A DNA stretch of 64,000 bases from Candidatus Omnitrophota bacterium (GTDB lineage Bacteria > Omnitrophota > Gorgyraeia > Zapsychrales > Zapsychraceae). The position numbers and the translations under genes are program-made. The notes beneath the pieces were generated by a model, which was not told where the DNA came from, did no database searches, and worked only from the letters and a program-made list of their open reading frames with translations. The stretch is from NCBI GenBank assembly GCA_015233115.1, contig JADFYJ010000006.1, forward strand, positions 595 to 64,594. Reading direction: 5' to 3'. This document shows positions 25,442 to 34,623 of this stretch, piece after piece (position 1 is the first letter of the stretch; each line of letters starts with the position of its first letter).

Positions 25442-28400
25442 TTGGTCCTCGCGAGAAGAAGTGGTGAAATCGAAAAGGAAAGACGACTAAGTGATTTGAA
25501 TGAAAATCTAATAGATCAAGCCCGGGAAAAATATAGAGAAGAATTGAGGAGATTTATTAGTAAACATCCAGAATATATTCTTGTCATTAAAGACGCGGAG
25601 GATTTAGCTTATTATCCTGCTGGTGATGATATTTGGACTACCAAAAATTATTCTTTTGTAAATGAACTCTCTGCCAAAGCCAAGGTCGTTATTAAAGGAA
25701 AGTACCAAAATGCAATTCGCCATGAAGATTGGGATAACATTGAGATGGGCGGGATTGTCATTGAACCGAAACAGGATGATCGGGTTATGAAAGCATTTTT
25801 TAGTACAAAGCCGGACTCATTTAAAGAAGAACCCACTTGGGTTATAGGTAAAACAGATAATATAAAAAAATTAGGTGTCAAAAGAATTCACACGGGGGAT
25901 TTTCTACATGTTTTATCAAATACAGATGGTTGTTTTATTTGGTATGGGGAAGAGGAGCATCGGGATTCAGCCATGATCATTAAGCAAGCCGATAAAGCTA
26001 TGGTTAAAAAGGGATCAGTTAATGAACAACAAAAGCTGATTACAGTGGAATTGGCTGACTATTCAATGAATTCGCTTTCTGACATTGAGGGTGTTGGCAG
26101 CATTTCATCTGCGATTAAAGATAAATATTTAAGTTCTGCGATGGAGCAGCAATTCATTATGTTAAAGAAGCGGCTTCCGAATCTGGACGTAACAAGTTTA
26201 TTATTATTTTACGGGAGAATTCTTGGCTTCCTCAATACCAGAACGCCCAAAAATCAGGAACGGTTTGATTTTTTACCAATTCCGGAATTTATTAAGCAAG
26301 AGGTTTTTGCCGCAAAAAATATTAAGGATTATAAGGAAGGGATGTACGTAGTAGAAGAAACTTTGAAGCGTTACGAAAAACAAGTATTTTTCGATAGCCC
26401 TTACTGGCTTGATAAAGTTATGAAAAACGTAAAAATAAATGGTGGCGCATCCGGTGAAATTATATTAAGGGATTTACTCGTGCTTATGAGGAGAGGTGTT
26501 TTTGCCTATTTATCCCAGTATCTCTACAGAATAGGCGGTGCCTCATCCATTACAGAATTGTTACAGGAACGTCACTACACGAAAGTATCTATGCCTCACA
26601 TTGGTGGTCAAGAACAGTTTCTTCCTGTAAGTGAGTTAGTTCCAATACAAGATATTTTAGAAAAATATCACTTGGATTCTGAAGGAAAACCTATTGGTAG
26701 CGTAAAAGACAAGGCCATGTCAAGTAAGGTTGCCGCTTTTAACCCTTCCTTTATATTAAAAATGCGTCTGGCTGTTTCTATGCTGCCGAATGTTCAAAAA
26801 GGTGAATATAGCCGGGAAGCGTTTATAAATCATTTGGATTTGCCTGATATTTATGAGCAGGCATTTGCCATTGCGAATCCGGGTAAAATTTTACAGGAAG
26901 AGGACCGTAAAAGATTACAGCAGTTGTCTTTGCATGTAACGCAGGTATTAACGGCTTGGCTGGATCAGCGTACGAAAATTCCGGATGATTCAATGGTGTG
27001 GTTGTTAAGCATTATTTTTCATGATGTCGGCAAAGTGGTTGCTTTGCAAAATCATGAAGAGTTAAGTGATAAATTTTTAACGGAAAACCTGGTTATTGAA
27101 AAATTTGTTGCGAGCGGATTGATTAACACGAAGCAGGCGGATCTGATTAAATTGCTGGTGCGGTATCATTTGCCTTTGGGCCTTATGTTTATGGGAGAAA
27201 TGAACTTTAATGATTGGAAAGATTTTTTCCGCGATGCCCGATTAAGAACTTTAGTGAAACAAGGGGTGCTTTTAAAAGACATTTTACAGCAAATTAAACG
27301 CATCACATTTTTTGATCAAACCGCGTATTCTCCAGCGGCCCCTTTCAAAACAGTTTTACAATTTCAGGATGAAATTATTGAGCAGTTAAGCGAGATAGAT
27401 ATTGACGCGAATGATATCGATGCAAAATTGGATGTTATGAGCGCTGATTTTATTAAGTCAAGGATCAAGGGTTTGGTGAGTTGGGGGGATATTAATTTAG
27501 ATCAGCCTAAGGTTTATTATGATGAATTGATGCGGAATGTGATATATCGTTTTAAGACCATTGAACCTGGTTTTGATTCTACAAGAATGTATCATGTATT
27601 ATCGCGAATAAATTTACGTCAATTTTGTATTATTGCCGCGTCTTTAGCTTGGGTCGCAGAACAGCCTAATAGTTTTGAAGAGTTTGTTCCTGCCGCGGAA
27701 AATTTTCGTAACATATCTGCAGGCGCGCAAATAAATGTCAATTTTGTAAAATTGCTTTCTGTTATAGTGTCGCAGGTTAAAACTGTGAATTTTTCTCATG
27801 TGGTGATCGAAGGTTCAGACGGCCAGGCTCCCAGCCGGGTTGTTGCGGATGATCCTTACCAGTTTGCAAAGTTTGTTTATGAATTAAATAATATTTTGAG
27901 TAAAGAACAGTCCGTGGACCAGCAGGGCAATAACTTTTTCTTTTTGGATGAACACGGACAGCGGCTGAGTGATATAACCAGAATGGTTATTGACGAGCAG
28001 GCAGCAACATTAAAAATTATCATTGATAGCGGGACGACGGCTGTGAAAAATGAACAAAAACAGGAGCCGGTTGTTGCTCAACCCGAGATCGAACAGCATC
28101 CGGGGGAGTTAATTCCGTTCAATCGCGCGAAGATTAATCCACTACTCACGACCATGCAAACCGTTAAGTTAAGCTTTTTGCCGGCAGGGCAAAGCATCCT
28201 GTTCAATGTGAGCGGCACGATAACACATTTTGTGGATTTTAGTGTTGGAGATCCTGACGATAAAAGGTTTATTATTACGATTCTACCGGAGGATGAACCG
28301 GAAGAAAAAGCATACATTTTAACAGTAGGAAATGTTGATACTGATGTCGAAGGAACAGCCGCTCAATTAAAAATAGTTGATTCCGCAGTACTTTCTGACG

Positions 28401-28630
28401 TTGGTGGTATTGATATGACCAAGGTTGGGTTTAAGCGGGAAGCAAGCCCTGCATCCCACGTGGTGCAGGGTAAACATGAAATTATTTTTAATTTTGACCC
28501 GGCCATGCTGGAACAATTTCAATCTGGAAATTTCAAAAGTTTTCAGGCTGTTATCACAAATGTGACGCCTTTGCCAAGCGTCCTGCCGCTTTTGGGTTTA
28601 TCGCTGGATAAAAAGAATAAGGCTGGTTAG
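25442..28630 (+). CDS. Giant multi-module protein, part 2 (in-frame continuation): His swivel-like domain, unknown module, HD-domain module, C-terminal GGID domain
   Basis: Same frame, zero gap after TAA, no clear RBS; KVVIKG...IRHE...IHTGDFLHV; SIIFHDVGK..H..S..LVRYH; DSAVLSDVGGIDM. Confidence 0.72.
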   Translation: MVLARRSGEIEKERRLSDLNENLIDQAREKYREELRRFISKHPEYILVIKDAEDLAYYPAGDDIWTTKNYSFVNELSAKAKVVIKGKYQNAIRHEDWDNIEMGGIVIEPKQDDRVMKAFFSTKPDSFKEEPTWVIGKTDNIKKLGVKRIHTGDFLHVLSNTDGCFIWYGEEEHRDSAMIIKQADKAMVKKGSVNEQQKLITVELADYSMNSLSDIEGVGSISSAIKDKYLSSAMEQQFIMLKKRLPNLDVTSLLLFYGRILGFLNTRTPKNQERFDFLPIPEFIKQEVFAAKNIKDYKEGMYVVEETLKRYEKQVFFDSPYWLDKVMKNVKINGGASGEIILRDLLVLMRRGVFAYLSQYLYRIGGASSITELLQERHYTKVSMPHIGGQEQFLPVSELVPIQDILEKYHLDSEGKPIGSVKDKAMSSKVAAFNPSFILKMRLAVSMLPNVQKGEYSREAFINHLDLPDIYEQAFAIANPGKILQEEDRKRLQQLSLHVTQVLTAWLDQRTKIPDDSMVWLLSIIFHDVGKVVALQNHEELSDKFLTENLVIEKFVASGLINTKQADLIKLLVRYHLPLGLMFMGEMNFNDWKDFFRDARLRTLVKQGVLLKDILQQIKRITFFDQTAYSPAAPFKTVLQFQDEIIEQLSEIDIDANDIDAKLDVMSADFIKSRIKGLVSWGDINLDQPKVYYDELMRNVIYRFKTIEPGFDSTRMYHVLSRINLRQFCIIAASLAWVAEQPNSFEEFVPAAENFRNISAGAQINVNFVKLLSVIVSQVKTVNFSHVVIEGSDGQAPSRVVADDPYQFAKFVYELNNILSKEQSVDQQGNNFFFLDEHGQRLSDITRMVIDEQAATLKIIIDSGTTAVKNEQKQEPVVAQPEIEQHPGELIPFNRAKINPLLTTMQTVKLSFLPAGQSILFNVSGTITHFVDFSVGDPDDKRFIITILPEDEPEEKAYILTVGNVDTDVEGTAAQLKIVDSAVLSDVGGIDMTKVGFKREASPASHVVQGKHEIIFNFDPAMLEQFQSGNFKSFQAVITNVTPLPSVLPLLGLSLDKKNKAG

Positions 28631-28662
28631 TAATTTATTAATAATTTTTTGGGCAATTATTT

Positions 28663-28697
28663 TAGCTTCTGGCGTCTGACTTTTAACTTCCGGCATG
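28663..28697. repeat. Degenerate solitary 7-mer tandem repeat arm
   Basis: TAGCTTC TGGCGTC TGACTTT TAACTTC CGGCATG. Confidence 0.4.
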
Positions 28698-28714
28698 CTC
28701 CGCTATCTTTCCTA

Positions 28715-28742
28715 TTGACAAATCAAACAATTTTGCCATAAT
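28715..28742 (+). promoter_or_regulatory. Sigma70-type promoter for rpsA
   Basis: TTGACA, 16 bp, CATAAT preceded by TGc. Confidence 0.65.
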
Positions 28743-28799
28743 ATTTGCCTTCTGGGCGGATAGTCCGGAAAATGACGAAAGGGAAAGAGGTATTTACAA

Positions 28800-30347
28800 A
28801 TGGTACAAGATAATCGCAGCGTGATGGAGGAACTGTATAAAGGCACGTTCCGAGAAATTAAGGAAGGAGAGATCGTAACCGGCACTATCGTCGGCTTCAA
28901 TGATAAAGAAGCGGCAGTCGATATTGGTTTTAAGTCGGAAGGCTTTGTTTCAATTGAAGAATTCAGAAGCCCTAAAGACATTAAAGTCGGGACACAGATC
29001 GACGTGTTGGTTGAGTCTATCGAAGATGAAGAAGGCCGCCTGGTTCTATCGCATAACAAAGCTGAAAGGCTTCGTGGATGGATGAACCTGGGTGATAATA
29101 TAAATGAAGGCGACCAGGTTATCGGCCGCGTGGTGAAGCAGGTTAAGGGCGGATTCATTATTGATATCAAAGGCGTCGAAGCATTTTTGCCGATGTCATT
29201 GTCCGCGTTCAAAGGTGTTTCTTCCGAACAGATTTTGGCTAATGAATATACATTTGTTATTGCCAAATTAAATAAAGCCCGCCGTAATTTAATCGTATCC
29301 CGACGTGAAGTGGTTCAAAAAGAGCGCGAAGCAGTCCGCGACCGTTTATGGGATGAATTGAAAAAAGGCGAACGCCGCATGGGTACAGTCAAAGGTATTA
29401 CTGACTTTGGCGCATTCATTGATCTAGGCGGAGTGGATGGGTTATTGCACATTACCGATATGAGCTGGACGCGTATTAATCATCCGTCTGAAGTGGTTTC
29501 AATCGGCGATAAAGTGGAAGTGCTTATTTTAGATTTTGATAAAAAAGAATCTAAAGTCAGTTTAGGATTAAAACAGATTTCAGATAATCCTTGGGCTGAT
29601 ATTTACGATAAATATCCGACAGGTACCCGTGTTAAAGGCAGTGTCGTTAATGTCATGTCTTACGGTGTGTTTGTGGAAATTGAAAAAGGTATTGAAGGGT
29701 TATTGCATTCATCAGAAATTACCTGGCAGAAAAAACTGGTTAATCCGCAGGATATGTTCAAAGTTGGAGATCAGATTGAAGTGCAGGTTATTAATGTTGA
29801 TAAAGATTCCAAACGTATTTCTTTGAGCATGAAACAGCTCGAAGATAATCCGTGGTTACGCGCAGGCGACAAATATCCAGTAAATTTCCGCGCTAAGGGT
29901 AAAGTTCGCGGGTTTACAGATTACGGCGCGTTCGTTGAGTTAGATGAAGGTTTGGAAGGCATGATTCACATTTCCGATATGTCTTGGACTAAAAAGATTA
30001 ACCATCCACAAGATGTGTTGACTAAAGGGCAAGAAGTAGAAGTTATTGTCTTAGGTGTCGATGCTGAAAACCGCAAAATTAATTTAGGTTTAAAGCAATT
30101 GATGGAAAATCCTTGGCCTGAATTAGCGGCTAAATATCCGGTTGATTCTGAAGTGGAAGCGGAAGTGGTCTTGAATTCTAATTTTGGCGTATTTGTCAAA
30201 TTAGAAAAAGACGTGGAAGCTTTGGTCTATTCTTCAGAGATTGATAAAGAAAAAGCCACAGCGTTGAAACCGGGCGATAAATTAAAAGTCCGCATCATTA
30301 AAGTGGACGTGGAACAAATGAAGATCGGCGTAAGCGCGAGAGTTTAA
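28800..30347 (+). CDS. rpsA: 30S ribosomal protein S1
   Basis: Tandem S1 domains; DIGFKSEG, FGAFIDLGGVDGLLHITDMSW. Confidence 0.97.
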   Translation: MVQDNRSVMEELYKGTFREIKEGEIVTGTIVGFNDKEAAVDIGFKSEGFVSIEEFRSPKDIKVGTQIDVLVESIEDEEGRLVLSHNKAERLRGWMNLGDNINEGDQVIGRVVKQVKGGFIIDIKGVEAFLPMSLSAFKGVSSEQILANEYTFVIAKLNKARRNLIVSRREVVQKEREAVRDRLWDELKKGERRMGTVKGITDFGAFIDLGGVDGLLHITDMSWTRINHPSEVVSIGDKVEVLILDFDKKESKVSLGLKQISDNPWADIYDKYPTGTRVKGSVVNVMSYGVFVEIEKGIEGLLHSSEITWQKKLVNPQDMFKVGDQIEVQVINVDKDSKRISLSMKQLEDNPWLRAGDKYPVNFRAKGKVRGFTDYGAFVELDEGLEGMIHISDMSWTKKINHPQDVLTKGQEVEVIVLGVDAENRKINLGLKQLMENPWPELAAKYPVDSEVEAEVVLNSNFGVFVKLEKDVEALVYSSEIDKEKATALKPGDKLKVRIIKVDVEQMKIGVSARV

Positions 30348-30349
30348 AG

Positions 30350-30611
30350 ATAGTATGTAGTATGTGGTATGTCGTATGTAGTGAAAAAGCAATTGATTGT
30401 GAAATAATAAATATATTAGAGCAAATATAGATAAAAAGCGTTGTGTGAAACGTATAGAAATTTTAGTCTGTTTAAAATATTTTTAAAAAATTTTGATTTC
30501 TATTTTTATTTATATTTAGGCTTTACGATATAACTAAGTATTACTTCATTTTGCTTGTTTTTTAAAAATTTTATTTTTACGACATACCACATACGACATA
30601 CTACATACTAT
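30350..30611. repeat. Intergenic element with inverted 7-mer tandem-repeat arms (TAGTATG/CATACTA family)
   Basis: Left TAGTATG TAGTATG TGGTATG TCGTATG at 30351-30378; right CATACCA CATACGA CATACTA CATACTA at 30583-30610. Confidence 0.92.
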
Positions 30612-30618
30612 TTATTTT

Positions 30619-31791
30619 ATGTCATCCATTAAACAAATTATCACCGACCTTTCCCGCGGCACGACCGAGATTATTAATACGGAGTTGCTCGAGGCGAAAT
30701 TGCGGAGAAGTCAGGAAACCGGCAAACCTTTGCATATTAAAGCGGGGTTTGATCCGACGGCGCCGGATATCCATTTAGGGCATTCAGTTTTACTGCGCAA
30801 GATGCGCCAGTTTCAGGAATTAGGGCATAAAGTTTTCTTTTTGATTGGGGATTTTACGGCTTTAATCGGAGATCCGACGGGAAAAAATCAGTTGCGTCCG
30901 CGTTTGGAACCCGCGTTTATTGAAGAAAACGCGAAAACCTATGCGAAGCAGGTATTCAAGATCCTGGATCCTAAAAAAACTGAAGTGGTTTTTAATAGTC
31001 ATTGGCTGGGAAAAATGACGCCGCAGGATTTAGTGGCTTTAACCGCGCAATCAACAGTCGCGCAGATGTTAGTGAGATCGGATTTTAAAAAGCGTTTTGA
31101 TGCCGGGCGAGAGATCAGTGTGTTGGAGTTTATTTATCCTTTGTTGCAAGGGTATGACTCAGTGGCGATGAAAGCGGATGTTGAGCTGGGAGGGAGCGAT
31201 CAGAAATTTAATTTGTTGATGGGACGGCAGATTCAGCAGGCTTACGGCCAGGAACCGCAGGTCGTGATGATGACCCCGCTTTTGGAAGGTTTGGACGGCG
31301 AAAATAAAATGAGCAAGTCGCTCAATAATTACGTCGGGATCAATGAACAGCCTTCAGAAATTTTCGGTAAGATTATGTCTATCAGCGATGAGCTGATGTT
31401 TAAATACGCGGAATGTTTGACGAGTCTCAACTTGGATGAGTTGCATCAGATGCATCCGAAAGAAGCCAAAATGAAATTGGCTGAGACGATTGTAGTACAG
31501 TATTATGACGCACACGCTGGCCAGGCCGCCCGGGAAGCATTTGAGCGGGTTTTTGCCAAAGGAGAGAATCCAGAGGATATGACGGAATTCTCATTGGCTC
31601 AAGCAAAGACTGGTTTATCATTGGCGGAATTACTGGTGGATCTGAAATTGGTCGGGTCTCGGAATGAGGTCCGCCGCCTAATGCAGCAGGGCGGGATCAG
31701 TGTTAATAATGAAAAGATCACCGATGAAAAATGGCCGCTTCGTCCCGGAATCATCAAGGTCGGAAAACGCCGTTTTCTTAAAATTTCATAG
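30619..31791 (+). CDS. tyrS: Tyrosine--tRNA ligase
   Basis: GFDPTAPDIHLGH, YPLLQGYD, GGSDQ, KMSKS, C-terminal S4-like domain. Confidence 0.97.
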   Translation: MSSIKQIITDLSRGTTEIINTELLEAKLRRSQETGKPLHIKAGFDPTAPDIHLGHSVLLRKMRQFQELGHKVFFLIGDFTALIGDPTGKNQLRPRLEPAFIEENAKTYAKQVFKILDPKKTEVVFNSHWLGKMTPQDLVALTAQSTVAQMLVRSDFKKRFDAGREISVLEFIYPLLQGYDSVAMKADVELGGSDQKFNLLMGRQIQQAYGQEPQVVMMTPLLEGLDGENKMSKSLNNYVGINEQPSEIFGKIMSISDELMFKYAECLTSLNLDELHQMHPKEAKMKLAETIVVQYYDAHAGQAAREAFERVFAKGENPEDMTEFSLAQAKTGLSLAELLVDLKLVGSRNEVRRLMQQGGISVNNEKITDEKWPLRPGIIKVGKRRFLKIS

Positions 31792-31815
31792 CTAAGTATA
31801 TATTTTCAAAAAGCC

Positions 31816-31843
31816 TTGACAAATAAAATTTTTTGTATATACT
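31816..31843 (+). promoter_or_regulatory. Sigma70-type promoter for the tRNA-Thr/rpmG/secE cluster
   Basis: TTGACA, 16 bp, TATACT. Confidence 0.7.
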
Positions 31844-31890
31844 TGGTTGTCTATTAGAATACTCTGCCTGTAATGTAGCGTGGGCATTTT

Positions 31891-31963
<73 letters not shown>

Positions 31964-32016
31964 TATTTATTTTTATTAATTCATGTGGTCAACCCAAAAT
32001 AGCAGACGGTAAGATA

Positions 32017-32169
32017 ATGAGAGAACCTATCCAGTTTCAATGTACAGAATGTAAACGTATAAATTATTCCGGAATGAAGGACAAAAAAAAGCATCCCGAG
32101 CGCATCGAGCTTTCAAAATATTGTCCGTCTGAACGCAAGCATACACCTCATAAAGAAATGAAGAAGTAA
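32017..32169 (+). CDS. rpmG: 50S ribosomal protein L33 (not in ORF track)
   Basis: Manual translation MREPIQFQCTECKRINYSGMKDKKKHPERIELSKYCPSERKHTPHKEMKK. Confidence 0.95.
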   Translation: MREPIQFQCTECKRINYSGMKDKKKHPERIELSKYCPSERKHTPHKEMKK

Positions 32170-32174
32170 CAACT

Positions 32175-32247
32175 AGGCCAGTAGCTCTAATGGTAGAGCA
32201 TCGGTCTCCAAAACCGAGTGTTGTAGGTTCGAGTCCTACCTGGCCTG
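32175..32247 (+). tRNA. tRNA-Trp(CCA), CCA end not encoded
   Basis: Acceptor AGGCCAG/CTGGCCT; anticodon arm TCGGT-CTCCAAA-ACCGA; canonical position between rpmG and secE. Confidence 0.96.
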
Positions 32248-32253
32248 TGAGAT

Positions 32254-32445
32254 ATGGATATGATACAAAAAATTAGACAATTTGTCGCGGAAGTCATCAC
32301 AGAACTTAAAAAAGTAAACTGGACTTCCCGTCGGGAACTTTTGGAAGCGGCGTGGATCGTATTGGTCAGTTCTACGGTTGTGGCAATTTTTATTTTTTTC
32401 ATAGATTTTGTATTGGCTAAAATTATAACAACGATTATTAGTTAA
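32254..32445 (+). CDS. secE: Preprotein translocase subunit SecE
   Basis: ELKKVNW motif plus single TM helix. Confidence 0.93.
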   Translation: MDMIQKIRQFVAEVITELKKVNWTSRRELLEAAWIVLVSSTVVAIFIFFIDFVLAKIITTIIS

Positions 32446-32452
32446 GGGATAT

Positions 32453-32986
32453 ATGGGCGATAGAAAGTGGTATGTTGTTCATACTCAGACCGGGGCGGAA
32501 GAAAAAGCTAAAGCAGGCTTGGAAACCAAGATTGCCGCTTCCGTGCTTAAAGAATATATTGATGAAGTTGTGGTTCCCACCGAGCAAGTTTCGGAAGTCC
32601 GAGGCGGAAAAAAGCGCATTACGGAACGGAAATTTTTTCCCGGTTATCTGTTGATCAAGATGGAAATGAATAAGGACAGCTGGTATCTGGTAAAAAGTAC
32701 TCCCGGAATTACTGGCTTTATCGGACCGGGCCGCAAGCCTACCCCAATCTCTGAACAAGAGGTTGATTCAATTTTAAGACGTACCGAAGATACGGAAACT
32801 AAGCCTACACCGAAAACAACCTTTGATATCGGCGAAGCGATCCGAATTGCCGAGGGTCCTTTTGCTAATTTTAACGGCTCCGTGATGGAAGTGTTTCCGG
32901 ATAGAGGAAAAATTAAGGTGAGTGTATCGATCTTTGGTCGGTCAACACTCGTTGAACTAGAAAACTGGCAAGTGGAAAAAGTGTAA
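32453..32986 (+). CDS. nusG: Transcription factor NusG
   Basis: WYVVHT, FFPGY, GPFANF, SIFGRST. Confidence 0.97.
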   Translation: MGDRKWYVVHTQTGAEEKAKAGLETKIAASVLKEYIDEVVVPTEQVSEVRGGKKRITERKFFPGYLLIKMEMNKDSWYLVKSTPGITGFIGPGRKPTPISEQEVDSILRRTEDTETKPTPKTTFDIGEAIRIAEGPFANFNGSVMEVFPDRGKIKVSVSIFGRSTLVELENWQVEKV

Positions 32987-32987
32987 T

Positions 32988-33413
32988 ATGGCAAAAGAAG
33001 TCGTCGCAAAAATTAAATTGTATGTACCTGCAGGGGCAGCAAATCCTGCGCCGCCGGTTGGTCCCGCGTTAGGTCAGCATGGCGTTAACATTATGGGCTT
33101 CTGCAAGTCCTTTAACGAAAAGACCAAGGGGAGAGAAGGCCTCATCCTGCCCGCGGTTATTACGGTCTATAAAGATAAGTCATTTGATTTTATCATTAAG
33201 ACTCCGCCAAGTTCGGTCTTGATTAAAAAAGCCGCGAATTTGGCAAAGGCATCTGGTTTGGCCGGTAAAGAAAAGATCGCGAAGATCACCGGGAAACAGG
33301 TGGAAGAAATCGCAAAAACTAAAATGGAAGACTTAAATACCAATGAGATGGAGCAGGCGGTGTTATCAATCCGCGGAACAGCTCGGAGCATGGGTATTGA
33401 GGTGGTGGACTAA
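32988..33413 (+). CDS. rplK: 50S ribosomal protein L11
   Basis: [19 protein letters not shown]. Confidence 0.98.
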   Translation: MAKEVVAKIKLYVPAGAANPAPPVGPALGQHGVNIMGFCKSFNEKTKGREGLILPAVITVYKDKSFDFIIKTPPSSVLIKKAANLAKASGLAGKEKIAKITGKQVEEIAKTKMEDLNTNEMEQAVLSIRGTARSMGIEVVD

Positions 33414-33414
33414 T

Positions 33415-34095
33415 ATGTTAAAAGTAAGTAAACGAATGAAGTCAGCTTCCTTAGTTGTCGGAGAGAAAACGCCGATGGATTTGGGAGCAGCAGTTGACTT
33501 GATCGCGAAATTTCCTAAAGTGAAATTCGACGAGACGGTTGAGCTCCATTTTCATTTACACATTGACCCTAAAAAAAATGAAGAATCAGTGCGCGGGACA
33601 GTTGTTCTCCCTCACGGATTAGGTAAAGCGGTACGTATCGCCGTAGTTTGTAAGGGTGAAGTGGAGAAAAAAGCGCGCGACGCCGGAGCCGATGTGGTCG
33701 GCGGTGAAGAATTAATTGCTAAAGTTCTTGCTGGGTTTATGGATTTTGACGTTGTGGTCGCAACCCCGGATATGATGCGAGACTTAAGTAAATTAGGTAA
33801 GCTTTTAGGTCCGCGTGGTTTGATGCCGACACCAAAAGCCGGGACAGTTACGCTGGATGTGGAAAAAGCTATAAAAGAATTAAAAGCCGGTAAAATTGAG
33901 TTTAAGTCTGATAAGCAAGCCGGTATCCACGTCGGAATTGGAAAGGTTTCGTTTTCTAAGGATAAATTATTGGATAACGCAAAAACTATTATGGAAGCTA
34001 TTAACACTGCCAAACCCAATAGTGTCAAAGGCGTCTTCATTCGGAGTTTGTCTTTGAGTACTTCCATGGGACCAGGCTTGAGGATATTAGTATGA
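33415..34095 (+). CDS. rplA: 50S ribosomal protein L1
   Basis: KFDETVE, LGPRGLMP, SMGPG; start placed at ATG 33415. Confidence 0.97.
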   Translation: MLKVSKRMKSASLVVGEKTPMDLGAAVDLIAKFPKVKFDETVELHFHLHIDPKKNEESVRGTVVLPHGLGKAVRIAVVCKGEVEKKARDAGADVVGGEELIAKVLAGFMDFDVVVATPDMMRDLSKLGKLLGPRGLMPTPKAGTVTLDVEKAIKELKAGKIEFKSDKQAGIHVGIGKVSFSKDKLLDNAKTIMEAINTAKPNSVKGVFIRSLSLSTSMGPGLRILV

Positions 34096-34622
34096 AAAGA
34101 GTAGGCCAAGTATTCCGACAAAAATTATTAGAAAGCGTTCAGACTCAGGCACGTGATAATTCGGCGACTTTTGTTTTGAATTATCAGAAACTTTCTGCTA
34201 AGCAATTGACTGAATTGCGTAAGGAATTGCGCAAGGCTAAAGCAAAAGTGGTGGTGTCGAAAAACGCGATTGCTAAATTAGCTCTTAAAGATTTTGATTG
34301 TCCTGGTTTAGCGGATCGTTTATCCGGTCAGACGGCGTTTATTTATACCAATAATGACGCTTCCGCCGTATCCAAGATTTTGGTTAAATTTTCCGGAGCA
34401 TTGGAAGGTTCCATGCTTCAAGGCGGTCTGCTCGATGGAAAAGAATTAAAGCAGACAGATGTACAAAGGCTCTCAGATCTTCCTTCGAGAGAGGTGCTCT
34501 TGTCCCAGTTATTGTCAGCTATCCAATCGCCTCTAACACGGTTGGCTGGCGCCCTCATCGCGAAGAATCGAGATTTATTATCAATATTGAAACAATTAAG
34601 TGAAAAAAATGGAGGTAATTAA
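34092..34622 (+). CDS. rplJ: 50S ribosomal protein L10
   Basis: [19 protein letters not shown]; synteny. Confidence 0.94.
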   Translation: MKRVGQVFRQKLLESVQTQARDNSATFVLNYQKLSAKQLTELRKELRKAKAKVVVSKNAIAKLALKDFDCPGLADRLSGQTAFIYTNNDASAVSKILVKFSGALEGSMLQGGLLDGKELKQTDVQRLSDLPSREVLLSQLLSAIQSPLTRLAGALIAKNRDLLSILKQLSEKNGGN

Positions 34623-34623
34623 A

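Noticed and set aside
21206-28630. Intein, prophage or integron explanation for the giant gene
   Set aside because: No C/S...HN intein ends, attC-like sites, integrase or phage genes seen
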